From: Ilumatobacteraceae bacterium
Lineage (GTDB): Bacteria > Actinomycetota > Acidimicrobiia > Acidimicrobiales > Ilumatobacteraceae
Assembly (NCBI GenBank): GCA_963722415.1
Contig: CAVRNI010000026.1
Span: 58,362-122,361 of the forward strand
DNA: 64,000 bases
Reading direction: 5' to 3'
Shown here: piece by piece, positions 51,178 through 60,879 of the stretch
Layout of the letters: each line of letters opens with the position of its first letter
How positions within the stretch are numbered: position 1 is the first letter of the stretch
Program-made: the position numbers and the translations under genes
The notes under the pieces: model-generated
Told to the model about the DNA's origin: nothing
Databases searched by the model: none
Seen by the model: the letters and a program-made list of their open reading frames with translations, nothing else

Positions 51178-52564
51178 CTACACGATGGCGGCGATCACGT
51201 CCGACAGGGCCCGAACCGTCGACACCTCGAACACGCCGTCGCAGTGCGGCCGGTACTGCGCCATCGCCGAGTCGTCGGTCTCCCACTCGGCTTCCGGTTC
51301 GGGATCGAGCCAGTACACGCGGCGCGCCCGGTCGGCGATGCGCGCGAACGCGGCGACACCGGCATCACGGAAGTTGGTGCGGCCGTCACCCGTCACGAGC
51401 ACCGTCGTGCGCCGTCCCACCGCCTCGTCGAGGAACTGATCGCAGAACTGCTGGAACACGGCCCCGTAGTCGCTGTGCCCGTCGAACCCGACGACGCCGC
51501 GGCGCTCGAGCACGCGTTGCACCGGGACGTCGAAGTTGGCGGTCGTGAAGATCTCGGTCATGTCGGCGACACCGCCGACGAAGGCGAAGCTCCGCACCCC
51601 TGCCAGGACGTCGTGGATCGCGTGCACGAGCGTGAACGTGAACTGGGCGAACTCGGCGACCGAGCCCGAGATGTCGCACAGCACGACGACGTCGGGCCGG
51701 TGCGGATGGGTTCGCCGCAGGGCCGGGATCGATCGGGATGCCCCCGGTCTGGAGTGAGCGCCGGAACGTCCGGCGGGGATCGAGGCGGCCCGTCGAACGT
51801 GGCCGGCGACGGCGACCGATGCGCGCCGCGAGCTGGCGGGCCAGCGGTTGGAGCGTGCGCCTGAGCTCGGCCAGCTCGGCGCTCGACAACGACAGCACGG
51901 GCCGGTCGAGCGCGCCGATCGGCAGCGCCTGATCGTCGTCGTCGCCTGGTGCGGCGAGCCGGCTCTTGGCGATCTCGTCGGCGAGCGCCCGCCGGAACTC
52001 CTCGAGCGCCCTGGCGACCTCGTGGCGGCGGAGCGACAGCTCGAACTCCGACAGATCGCCCTCGGCACGAAGCCGGCGCATCACGGCCGAGAGCATGTTG
52101 GCGAGGTCGATGGCGCGCATGATGCGGTGGATCACGAGCCGGTCGGACGCGTCGTCGCCGCCGTACATCGCCACCGCCCGGGCGGCGAGACCTCGCATCG
52201 CGTCACTGTCGCCGCGGGCGGCCGCGGCGCCGACGTCGGCGGCGAGGGTGGCGGCCGTCGAACGATCCGTCGCACGGTCGAACGCGGGGTCGACGGCATC
52301 CGGCTGCTCGGGCAACGCCACGCCCGGGGCGAAGACGAGGTCGAACGCCCGGTCGAAGACCGCCAGGTCCGGCTCGCGCGAGATCATCACCGATCGCAGC
52401 GCGCTGCGAACCAGCTCGCGATCGAGCAGATCGAGCAGCATCAACGCCCGAGTGGCATCGATCAGGTCGCCGGTCGCGACCTCGATCCCGGCTCGGCGCA
52501 GCACGGTCGCGAGGCGCGTCACGTGATCGATCATCGGGCCGCCGACCTGGGATGATGGCGTCAT
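51178..52564 (-). CDS. VWA-domain CoxE-like protein, frame switch near 51720
   Basis: MIDHVTRLATVLRRAGIEVATGDLIDATRAL...RRTFRRSLQTGGIPIDP continues in ORF 51178..52068 as ALRRTHPHRPDVVVLCDISGSVAEFAQF...VTGDGRTNF...VYWLDPEPE. Confidence 0.75.
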
Positions 52565-52723
52565 CTCCGGTCACACTAGGCACCGCCGTGAGCGCGTCAA
52601 TTGTGCCTGCAAGGATTTGACACCACCGGAGGAGCGACCGAGACTGTGCGGAGGGAACGCCGTCCGCACATCCAGCAGATATCAGTCGATCACCACGACC
52701 GGGCGCCGGAGGGAGTCAGCACC

Positions 52724-53218
52724 ATGACGGGCTACGTGACCAAGTTCGGGTCACTCGACGACTACACCAAGGGCGGCGTCGACGTCATCGACGGCGAGGC
52801 CAAGCACTACGCGTTCTCCAACATGTTCGAGGTCGCGTCGCACGCCAAGCCGTGGGAGAAGATCGCCGTCGGCAAGAACATGGAGTACGTGCTCGAGGTG
52901 ATCCGCGCCGAGGGGACCAGCGAGTGGCGCACCTGCGCCCACGACGAGTTCCCGCTTTGCATGGACGGGGAGATCACCGTCGAACTGGTCAAGCTCGACA
53001 CGCCGCTCGCGCCGGAGGGCAAGAACGGCTCGATCGCCGTCGGCGGCGATCCCGTCGGCAAGCCGATGGGACGCATCGTGCTGCGCAAGGGTCACATGGC
53101 GCTGCTCCCCGCCAACGCCGCGTACCGGTTCTCCTCACCGTCGCCCGCGGTGATCCTCCTCCAGACGATCCACGGCGACGACACCATCGAACGCTGGGCC
53201 GAGATCTGCCTCAGCTGA
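52724..53218 (+). CDS. Two-component hydroquinone-type ring-cleavage dioxygenase, small subunit (HapC/HqdA-like; tentative)
   Basis: 164 aa from ATG 52724: MTGYVTKFGSLDDYTKGG...MEYVLEVIRAEGTSEWRTCAHDEFPLCMDGEITVEL. Size, pairing with the next gene and pathway context support the call. Confidence 0.5.
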   Translation: MTGYVTKFGSLDDYTKGGVDVIDGEAKHYAFSNMFEVASHAKPWEKIAVGKNMEYVLEVIRAEGTSEWRTCAHDEFPLCMDGEITVELVKLDTPLAPEGKNGSIAVGGDPVGKPMGRIVLRKGHMALLPANAAYRFSSPSPAVILLQTIHGDDTIERWAEICLS

Positions 53219-53267
53219 ACCGCACATCAGGAAACAACGCCAGACGGCACACGAACAGGATGCACCC

Positions 53268-54249
53268 ATGAGCGACACGTTGATCGAGGTCCAGTCCTCC
53301 GGGCCCAACTCCGACGGCTATCAGGAGTTCGACCTCGGCGGGTTCCACTTCCGCCGCGACGAGTACTTCGCCCACATCACGTGGCCGACCGGTGGGCACG
53401 TGATGAGCATCGACACGTTCCTGCGTGCCCTGCAACGCGACATCGCCTGGGACTTCTTCTACGGCACCGTCAACTTCGACCATGTCTTCGGCACCGTCAA
53501 CCACTACGGCACGGTCGACATGTTCGCCGGGCGGTTCAACGACGCGTACCGCAAGGCCGAGCTCGACCACTCCGAGAACTACGAGACGCCGCTGATCCGC
53601 GAGACGTTCAAGGCGATGCTCGACGACTGGACGAACGAGGGGTTCGACCCCTTCGCCAGCCCGGCCGAGACCGAGAACCCGTTCGGTGTCAAGAACGGGT
53701 CGAACACCGACGCCGTGACCCGCCGCCGCGTCACCGCCTCCCGGATGGTCGGCGTTCCGGGCGACGAGAAGATCCGCACCGACGAGACCCACACGATCAA
53801 CCGGATGTTCGCCGACGTCACCCAGGACGCCCCGGAGGTCCACGCCGAGCCCGGGTTCGAGGACGAGGTCGCGGCGTTCAACCTGTTCGCCTACCTGAGC
53901 CGCTCGGACGTGACGTGGAACCCGTCGGTGGTCAGCGTGTGCAAGGCCAGCCTCTACTGCCCGACCACCGAGGAGTACATCCTCCCGGTCGTCCACGGCA
54001 ACGACCGCGTCGAGTGGTTCGTGCAGCTGTCCGACGAGATCGTGTGGGACGTGCAGGACCGCGACAGCGGCGTCGGCGCGTGCCAAGGTCACGATGAAGG
54101 CCGGCGACGTCGCCGCGATGCCGGGCGACATCCGCCATCAGGGCTACAGCCCGAAGCGCTCGATGCTGCTCGTCTGGGAGAACGCCTCGCCGGAGATCCC
54201 CGAACTGATCCGCACCGGCAAGGCGAGCGTCTACCCCGTCGAGTTCTGA
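53268..54249 (+). CDS. Hydroquinone-type dioxygenase large subunit (HapD/HqdB-like; tentative), frame switch near 54075
   Basis: MSDTLIEVQSSGPNSDGYQEFDLGGFHFRRDEY...DVTWNPSVVSVCKASLYCPTTEEYILPVVHGNDRVEWF...WDVQDRDSG continues in frame +1 as AKVTMKAGDVAAMPGDIRHQGYSPKRSMLLVWEN...VYPVEF-stop (cupin motif). Confidence 0.5.
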
Positions 54250-54253
54250 CCAG

Positions 54254-55120
54254 ATGGCCTCCGTCGTCTCGCTCGCGGAGGCCGTGACGACGCTGGTGCG
54301 CGACGGCGACACCGTCGCCCTCGAGGGTTTCACGCACCTGATCCCGCACGCCGCCGGTCACGAGCTGATCCGCCAGGGCCGGCGCGACCTGACACTCGTG
54401 CGGATGACACCCGACATGGTGTACGACCAGTTGATCGGCGCCGGCTGCGCCCGCAAGTTGATCTTCTCGTGGGGTGGCAACCCCGGCGTCGGATCGTTGC
54501 ACCGCCTGCGCGACGCCGTCGAGAACCGGTGGCCGCGGCCGTTCGACATCGAGGAGCACAGTCACGCGGGGATGTCGGTGCGCTACGTCGCCGGCGCGTC
54601 GGGATTGCCGTTCGGCGTGCTGCGCGGCTACGTGGGGACCGATCTGCCCAGGCACACCACGACGATCGCGACGATCGCCTGCCCGTTCACCGGTGAGGAG
54701 CTGACGGCGGTCCCGGCGGTCAATCCCGACGTGTCGATCATCCATGCCCAGCAGGCGGATCGATCCGGCAATGTGCAGCTGTGGGGCATCGTCGGCGTGC
54801 AGAAGGAGGCGATCCTGGCGGCCGACCGGGCGATCGTCACGGTCGAGGAGGTCGTCGACGAGCTCACGCCCCGCCCTGGCGGTGTCGTGCTTCCCGGCTG
54901 GACGATCGACGCCGTGTGCGAGGTACCCGGCGGCTCACATCCGAGCTACGCGATGGGATATTCGGTCCGCGACAACGCCTTCTACCAGGCGTGGGACGCC
55001 ATCGCACGCGATCGCGACACGTTCACCGACTGGATCGACCGGCACATCGTGTCGACCGCCGATTTCGCCGAGTACCGCCGCTCGGTGGGCCTCGACGACC
55101 ACGTCACCAGCAACCATTGA
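54254..55120 (+). CDS. CoA-transferase subunit A (3-oxoadipate/glutaconate CoA-transferase family)
   Basis: 288 aa: SLAEAVTTLVRDGDTVALEGFTHLIPHAAGHELIRQGRRDLTLVRMTPD...IIHAQQADRSGNVQLWG. Confidence 0.8.
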   Translation: MASVVSLAEAVTTLVRDGDTVALEGFTHLIPHAAGHELIRQGRRDLTLVRMTPDMVYDQLIGAGCARKLIFSWGGNPGVGSLHRLRDAVENRWPRPFDIEEHSHAGMSVRYVAGASGLPFGVLRGYVGTDLPRHTTTIATIACPFTGEELTAVPAVNPDVSIIHAQQADRSGNVQLWGIVGVQKEAILAADRAIVTVEEVVDELTPRPGGVVLPGWTIDAVCEVPGGSHPSYAMGYSVRDNAFYQAWDAIARDRDTFTDWIDRHIVSTADFAEYRRSVGLDDHVTSNH

Positions 55121-55166
55121 CTGGCAACCACTGACCAGTGAGACCACATCGAGAGAGGGGACCCCG

Positions 55167-55628
55167 ATGGCCATCGCCCAGCAGACCATGACCGACGAGC
55201 AGCGCAAGAGCGTGGCGCTCGAGTACCTGAAGGCGTTCGACAACGGCGGCGTCACGTCGACCGGTGATTCGATCCTCAGCCTGTTCTCGACCGACGCCCA
55301 GGTGATGTTCCCGAAGTGGGGCATCGCCACCGGCCGCGACGAGATCGGGCAGATGTTCGGCGACGTCGGTGGCACGATCAAGCAGATCCTCCACCACTAC
55401 TCGAGCTTCAACTGGATCATGACCGGCACCGACATGTTCGCCTGCGAGGGCACGAGCCACGGCGAACACGAAGCCGGGCCGTGGCGGGCCGGCGTTCCGG
55501 AGTGGGGCGCAGGACGCTGGTGCGACGTGTTCGAGGTGCGTGACTTCCTCATCCAGCGGTGCTTCATCTACCTCGATCCCGACTACGCCGGCGGCGACAA
55601 GGGCCGCTACCCCTGGATCACCGATTGA
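55167..55628 (+). CDS. SnoaL/NTF2-like fold protein
   Basis: 153 aa from ATG 55167 (SD gagagagggg): DEQRKSVALEYLKAFDNGG...FPKWGIATGRDEIGQMF...WCDVFEVRDFLIQRCFIYLDPDY. Confidence 0.6.
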   Translation: MAIAQQTMTDEQRKSVALEYLKAFDNGGVTSTGDSILSLFSTDAQVMFPKWGIATGRDEIGQMFGDVGGTIKQILHHYSSFNWIMTGTDMFACEGTSHGEHEAGPWRAGVPEWGAGRWCDVFEVRDFLIQRCFIYLDPDYAGGDKGRYPWITD

Positions 55629-55651
55629 TCGTTACGGTCTGAAGTCTCTGC

Positions 55652-56401
55652 ATGAGTGCGACGTACACCAGCGACGAGATGATGATCGTCTGCGGGTCGC
55701 GCGCGCTCGACGATCACAGCCGCTGCTTCGTCGGGATCGGCCTGCCGAGCACCGCCGCCAACCTCGCCCGCCGGCTCCACGCGCCCGACTGTGTGCTCGT
55801 GTACGAGTCGGGTTGCATCGGCTCCAAGCCGACACGCCTGCCGCTGTCGATCGGTGACGGCGAGCTGGCCGAGACCGCCGATGCGCTCGTGTCGGTGCCG
55901 GAGATCTTCGCCTACTGGCTGCAGGCCGGCCGGATCGACGTCGGGTTCCTGAGTGCCGCCCAGCTCGATCGCTTCGGCAACATCAACACGACCGTGATCG
56001 GCGACTACACGAGTCCGTCGACCCGGCTGCCCGGTGCCGGCGGCGCCCCCGAGATCGCGGCGTCGGCCGGTCACGTGATCGTGATCGTCCGCCAGTCGGC
56101 GCGCACGTTCGTCGAGCGCTGCGACTTCCGCACCAGTGTCGGGTTCGGCGACGGCCCCGGCAGCCGCGAGGAGTACGGCCTGCGCGGCGCCGGCCCCGAC
56201 CTGGTCATCACCGACCTCGGCATCCTGCGCCCCGACGCCGACACCTGCGAGCTGGTGTTGACCAGCCTCCATCCCGGCATCACGACCGAGCAGGCGGTCG
56301 CCGCGACCGGTTGGCCGCTGCGCATCGCCGACGACGTGTCCGTCACCAATGAGCCCTCGGAGCTCGAGCTGTCGACACTCCGGGCCCTCGTCGCGGCGTG
56401 A
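55652..56401 (+). CDS. CoA-transferase subunit B
   Basis: 249 aa: SDEMMIVCGSRALDDHSRCFVGIGLPSTAANLARRLHAPDCVLVYESGCIG...SAAQLDRFGNINTT...LPGAGGAPEIA. Confidence 0.8.
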   Translation: MSATYTSDEMMIVCGSRALDDHSRCFVGIGLPSTAANLARRLHAPDCVLVYESGCIGSKPTRLPLSIGDGELAETADALVSVPEIFAYWLQAGRIDVGFLSAAQLDRFGNINTTVIGDYTSPSTRLPGAGGAPEIAASAGHVIVIVRQSARTFVERCDFRTSVGFGDGPGSREEYGLRGAGPDLVITDLGILRPDADTCELVLTSLHPGITTEQAVAATGWPLRIADDVSVTNEPSELELSTLRALVAA

Positions 56402-57496
56402 GCGAGATGCGGTTCACGTACGAGGCGCTGCCGGGGCGGATCGTGTTCGGCGCCGGACGGCGCGCCGAGATCGGTGCCGAGGTCGAGCGCCTCGGCGCCA
56501 CACGCGTGTTCCTCATCTCCGACGGTCAGGCCAAGGCGATCGCCGACGAGCTCGCCGGCTCGCTCGACGCGCTCGTCGTCGCCCGCTGGGACGAGGTCGT
56601 GCAACACGTCCCGGTCGAGCTCGCCGATCGCGCCCGCGCCGCGGTGGCCGAGGCGGGTGCCGACCTGGTCGTGACGGTCGGCGGGGGCTCGTCGACCGGG
56701 TTGGCGAAGGCGATCGCGCTGACGACCGGGCTTCCGATCGTCGCCGTGCCCACCACGTATGCGGGCAGCGAGCAGACCACGATCTACGGCCTGACCGGCG
56801 GACGGCACAAGCAGACCGGCCGCGACCTCGTCGTGCTCCCGAGGGCCGTGATCTACGACCCCGAGCTGACGCTCGGCCTGCCGCCGGGCGTCACCGGACC
56901 GAGCGCGTGCAACGCCCTCGCCCACTCGGTCGAGGCGCTGTGGGTCAAGGAGGCCAACCCGGTGACGACCGCGCTGTCGCTCGAGGGTGTCCGCGCGATC
57001 GCCGCCTCGCTGCCGCGGGTGATGGCGGAACCGGGCGACCTCGAAGCGCGGTCGCTGCTGCTGTACGGCGCCTACCTGTCCGGCGTCGCGCTCGCCACCA
57101 CGTCGGCCGGGCTGCACCACAAGATCACGCACGTGCTCGGCGGCACGTTCAACCTCGTCCACGCCGATGCCCACTCGGTCGTGCTGCCGCATGCCGTCGC
57201 GTTCAACGCACCGGTCCTGCCGGCCGAGATGGCGCGCCTCGCCGAGGCGCTCGGAACGCCGGGCGAGGATCCGGCGGGGAGCCTGTGGGACCTGGCGACG
57301 GCGTCGAACGTCCCGACGTCGCTGCGCGGCGCTCGGATTGGAGCGCGACCAGCTCCCCGAGGCGGCGGCGCGGGCGGCGGCCGAGATCACCGACAACCCC
57401 CGGCCTGTCGACGAAGCCGCGCTGCTCGGGCTGCTGGAGCGCGCGTTCGACGGTCGAGCGCCCGACGACAGACGCGAGACGGAGGATCATCGATGA
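56398..57496 (+). CDS. Maleylacetate reductase (iron-containing ADH family), frame switch near 57320
   Basis: RFTYEALPGRIVFGAGRRAE...VTVGGGSSTGLAKAIAL...PIVAVPTTYAGSE...GLHHKITHVLGG...HADAHSVVLPH...NVPTSLR continues in ORF 57167..57496 as ALGLERDQLPEAAARAAAEITDNPRP... The 763-aa ORF 56398..58689 is a frame artefact that joins this gene to the thiolase. Confidence 0.8.
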
Positions 57497-58689
57497 GCCA
57501 CGAGAGCTACATCGTCGACGCCGTCCGCACACCGATCGGCCGGATCGGCGGCGCGCTCGCCGGCGTTCGGCCCGACGACCTGGCCGCAACCGCGGTGCGC
57601 GCGTTGGTCGAACGGTCCCCCGACCTCGATCCGTCGGCGATCGACGAGGCGTACCTCGGCGACGCCAACCAGGCGGGCGAGGACAACCGCAACGTCGCCC
57701 GCATGGCGGTGCTGCTGGCGGGCCTGCCGACGACGATCCCGGCGGCGACCGTGAATCGCCTGTGCGGCTCCGGGCTCGAAGCGGTCATCGCCGCCAGCCG
57801 CGCCGTCTCGGTCGGCGACGCCGACGTCGTGATCGCCGGTGGCGTCGAGAGCATGTCGCGCGCGCCGTGGGTGCTGCAGAAGCCGGCCAAGGGCTACCCG
57901 ACCGGGCACGAACAGCTGTGGAGCACGACGCTCGGGTGGCGGATGACCAACCCCAAGATGCCCGACGCCTGGACCGTGTCGCTCGGCGAGGGCGCCGAGC
58001 TGCTCGCCGACAAGTACTCGATCTCGCGGGAGGAGCAGGACGTCTTCGCCCACGGATCACACCAACGTGCCGACGCGGCCTGGAACGCCGGACACTTCGC
58101 GGCCGAGATCGTGCCGGTCGCCGGGCTAGAACCTGGCCTCGACCGCGACGAGTGCATCCGCGCCGACACCACGATCGAGAAGCTGGCCGGGTTGCGCACC
58201 GTGTTCCGCGCGAGCGACGGCACGGTCACCGCCGGCAATGCCTCGCCGATGAACGACGGTTCGGCGGCCCTGCTCGTCACGTCGCACGCCGGTTTGGCGC
58301 GCACGGGTCGGGAGCCGATCGCACGCGTCCGCGCCGCGGCCACGAGCGGGGTCGATCCGCATCTCTATGGAATCGGGCCGGTCGAGGCCGCCCGCAACGC
58401 GCTGCGCCGGGCCGGCATCGACTGGGGCGACCTGTCGAGCGTCGAGCTCAACGAGGCGTTCGCCGCGCAGAGCCTGGCGTGCCTGCGCGAGTGGCCCGAG
58501 CTCGATCCCTCGATCGTCAACCCGCTCGGCGGGGCGATCGCGATCGGTCACCCGCTCGGTGCGTCAGGTGCCCGCATCCTCACCACGCTCGTGCACCAAC
58601 TCGCCCGCACCGGCGGCCGGTACGGCATGGCGGCGATGTGCATCGGCGTCGGCCAGGGCATCGCCGTCGTCGTCGAGAACCTGCGCTGA
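57493..58689 (+). CDS. 3-oxoadipyl-CoA/acetyl-CoA C-acyltransferase (thiolase)
   Basis: 398 aa from ATG 57493 (ATGA overlap): YIVDAVRTPIGR...TVNRLCGSGLEAV...GGVESMSRAP...NASPMNDGSAA...NEAFAAQ...GAIAIGHPLGASGAR...CIGVGQGIA. Confidence 0.9.
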   Translation: MSHESYIVDAVRTPIGRIGGALAGVRPDDLAATAVRALVERSPDLDPSAIDEAYLGDANQAGEDNRNVARMAVLLAGLPTTIPAATVNRLCGSGLEAVIAASRAVSVGDADVVIAGGVESMSRAPWVLQKPAKGYPTGHEQLWSTTLGWRMTNPKMPDAWTVSLGEGAELLADKYSISREEQDVFAHGSHQRADAAWNAGHFAAEIVPVAGLEPGLDRDECIRADTTIEKLAGLRTVFRASDGTVTAGNASPMNDGSAALLVTSHAGLARTGREPIARVRAAATSGVDPHLYGIGPVEAARNALRRAGIDWGDLSSVELNEAFAAQSLACLREWPELDPSIVNPLGGAIAIGHPLGASGARILTTLVHQLARTGGRYGMAAMCIGVGQGIAVVVENLR

Positions 58690-58698
58690 TCAGACCCC

Positions 58699-59387
58699 TC
58701 AGGGTCCGCCGCGCCAGTGGTCGATGCGATGGTGGTCGGGTTTGAAGCCGTGGTCGATGCCCCAGAGCACGGCCTGGGTTCGGGACTTGACGCCGATCTT
58801 GCGGTACGTGGACCGGATGTACGACTTGACCGAGTTCAGGCTCAGGAACGCGGTCGCGGCCACTTCGGCGTTGCTCTTGCCCTGGGTGATGAGGGCGAGG
58901 ATCTCCGACTCACGGTCGGTGAGGCCCTCTGACCTGTCCGGGCCAGTCGAGTCCGGTCGTCGGTCGGGACCGGCCGGGGGCGGGGCTGATGACGGTGTCG
59001 CCGGCGTGAATGGCTTCGAGCGAGGCGACCAGGTCGCGTGCGGGCAGCGTCTTGGACAAGTAGCCGTTGGCCCCCTTGCGCATCGCACTGTCGATCAGGT
59101 CGGGATGGAAGTTCCAGGTGTAGACGACGACCCGGCGGGCGTGGGGATTCTCGACGAGCACCCGGATCTCGTCGTGGTCGGCCTCCGGTTGGGCGAACGA
59201 GTCGTACAGCACGATGTCGACGTCGTCCACGAGCGGTGTGTTGAGGTCGATCTCGACGACGATGATCCGGTCCGAGTACCGGTCGAACACGTGCGCCAGG
59301 CCGATGAGCACGATCTCGTAGTCGTCGACGAGCGCAACCGAGACCGCGCCGCCGGGCGAATCCGTTCGACGACCCGTTGGACGGCAC
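58699..59387 (-). CDS. LuxR/NarL-family response regulator (REC + HTH), frame switch near 58935 and unresolved start
   Basis: - REC: AVSVALVDDYEIVLIGLAHVF...DIVLYDSF...GANGYLSKT.
- HTH (frame of ORF 58699..59088): LTDRESEILALITQGKSNAEVAATAFLSLNSVKSYIRSTYRKIGVKSRTQAV.
- The REC frame is open to 59428 but has no ATG/GTG/TTG upstream of 59311.
- A GTG at 59385-59387 in the neighbouring frame would work if one more inserted base lies at about 59350-59380. Confidence 0.7.
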
Positions 59388-59424
59388 GTTGGATGACGCG
59401 GGAGCCACGCCGACCACGGTAAAT

Positions 59425-59436
59425 ACCCCTAGGGGT
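59425..59436. promoter_or_regulatory. Perfect 12-bp palindrome in the RR/STAS divergent intergenic region (operator candidate)
   Basis: acccctaggggt is flanked by ata/gtat. A second, near-palindromic ccccattgggg lies 10 bp downstream. Confidence 0.35.
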
Positions 59437-59512
59437 GTATTCAAGCCCCCATTGGGGTGGTTCAGTGGACCCCAGAATGACAATGTCCACGTGGCCGAAG
59501 GAAACGAGCTCG

Positions 59513-59839
59513 ATGGCGAGCACTGAGCGCAGCCGACTGACGATCCATGACGCCGGCGACGGGGTCGTCGTTCTCGTCGGCGAGATCGATGCGGCGACGG
59601 CGCCCAAGCTGCACCGTTGTCTCGAGCACGACCCACGGATCCGCGTGCTCGACATGGCACAGGTGACGTTCATGGACTCGAGCGGGCTCAAGGTCATCGT
59701 CATCGCCAACCGAGCCCGTGAGGCGTCCGATCGGATCACACTGCGGGCACCGTCGGGTGCGGTGCGCCGAGTGGTGGACATCGCCGGGATGGCCGAATGG
59801 TTGGGCCTCACACCCGATCCGTCGGACTCACCGGACTGA
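59513..59839 (+). CDS. STAS-domain anti-sigma-factor antagonist (SpoIIAA-like)
   Basis: MASTERSRLTIHDAGDGVVVLVGEIDAATAPKLHRCL...RVLDMAQVTFMDSSGLKVIVIANRA. Confidence 0.75.
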   Translation: MASTERSRLTIHDAGDGVVVLVGEIDAATAPKLHRCLEHDPRIRVLDMAQVTFMDSSGLKVIVIANRAREASDRITLRAPSGAVRRVVDIAGMAEWLGLTPDPSDSPD

Positions 59840-60850
59840 GCGCGTCCGACGCTGGGCTCGCCGCGGTCGACGACGAGGCGGCGCCGCACAGGGAACAGGT
59901 CGAGACCGGTCCGGGTACGGATGATGCCCCACACCCCCTTCTGCAGCACGAGTGCGACCACGATCGCGATGACGCCGAGCGTGATCGTGTACCACGTGAC
60001 CTGGTCCTTGAACTGCTCGCGGAACAGGTAGTAGAGGACCGCCCCGATCACCGGGCCCTCGATCGTGCCGATGCCACCGATCACGACGATGAAGATGATC
60101 GGCGCGGTCCATTGCACGACGCTGAACGCCGAACCGATTCCGGTCGGTTGGACCCTGATCTGGCCCAGGTAGAACGTCGCGCCGGCCAACGCCGTCCAGA
60201 ACGCGGCGATCATCCAGATCGCGAACCGCGTGCGGTACACGTTCGTCCCGAGGCCCCGCGCTCCTGCTTCGTTGTCGCGGATGGCCTGCATCCGCAGACC
60301 GAGTCGCGAACGGAGGACCACGTAGCTCACGACGATCGCGCCGACGCCGGCGACGAGCGCGAACCAGTACGTGACGTCCTGCCGCGTCGCGAGGTCGTAG
60401 TCGGTCACCTGGATCGATGCGCCGCTGCCGCCGCCGACGCTCGTGTTGTTGATCATCAGGAGGCTGCACACCTCGGCGAGGACCCAGGTACCGATCGCGA
60501 AGTAGCTCCCCCGCAATCTGAACGCGATCAGCCCCATCGGGATCGACACGACCATCGCCGCGATCGCAGAGATCGCGACGGAGAGGTAGAGGTTGAACCC
60601 CTGGTTGTTGACGAACACGATCATCCCGTAGGCGCCGAGACCGACGAAGGCCTGCTGGCCGACGGACACGACCCCGGCGAACCCGGCCAGCAGGTTCCAC
60701 ATCTGGGCGAGTGCGATCAGCGTGAGCAGCTCGACCATCTTGAACTCCGTCGACGCCTCGGCGAACGTCGGCAGCAGCGCGAGGACCGACGATCGCCACG
60801 AGGGCGACGATGCCGAAGATCCTGCTCGCCGTCGTGGAGCGGTGGACCAC
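59828..60850 (-). CDS. livM: Branched-chain amino-acid ABC permease LivM-like, frame switch near 60795; 3' end unresolved (59808-59900)
   Basis: The N-terminus MVHRSTTASRIFGIVALVAIVG (frame of ORF 59828..60850) joins LALLPTFAE...LIALAQMWNLLAGFAGVVSVGQQAFVGLGAYG...RDNEAGARGLGTNVY...IGGIGTIEGPVIGA (frame of ORF 59095..60876). The latter frame has no stop until 59095, so another frame change is needed near the end. Confidence 0.75.
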   Translation of the reverse strand: MVHRSTTASRIFGIVALVAIVGPRAAADVRRGVDGVQDGRAAHADRTRPDVEPAGRVRRGRVRRPAGLRRSRRLRDDRVRQQPGVQPLPLRRDLCDRGDGRVDPDGADRVQIAGELLRDRYLGPRRGVQPPDDQQHERRRRQRRIDPGDRLRPRDAAGRHVLVRARRRRRRDRRELRGPPFATRSADAGHPRQRSRSAGPRDERVPHAVRDLDDRRVLDGVGRRDVLPGPDQGPTDRNRFGVQRRAMDRADHLHRRDRWHRHDRGPGDRGGPLLPVPRAVQGPGHVVHDHARRHRDRGRTRAAEGGVGHHPYPDRSRPVPCAAPPRRRPRRAQRRTRSVR

Positions 60851-60879
60851 GAACGTGGGCAGCGTCGCTCAGTCACACG

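Noticed and set aside
56398-58689. 763-aa ORF looking like a maleylacetate-reductase/thiolase fusion protein.
   Set aside because: The middle ~55 residues are Arg/Gly/Ala noise. The reductase C-terminus continues in another frame to a TGA at 57494-57496, and the thiolase has its own ATG at 57493 (ATGA overlap).
59095-60876. 593-aa LivM-like ORF extending through the STAS and response-regulator genes.
   Set aside because: The permease homology ends around 59880-59900. The remaining ~240 codons overlap two well-supported genes (antisense to the STAS gene, out-of-frame on the same strand as the response regulator) and have junk composition. A frame change near the 3' end is more likely.
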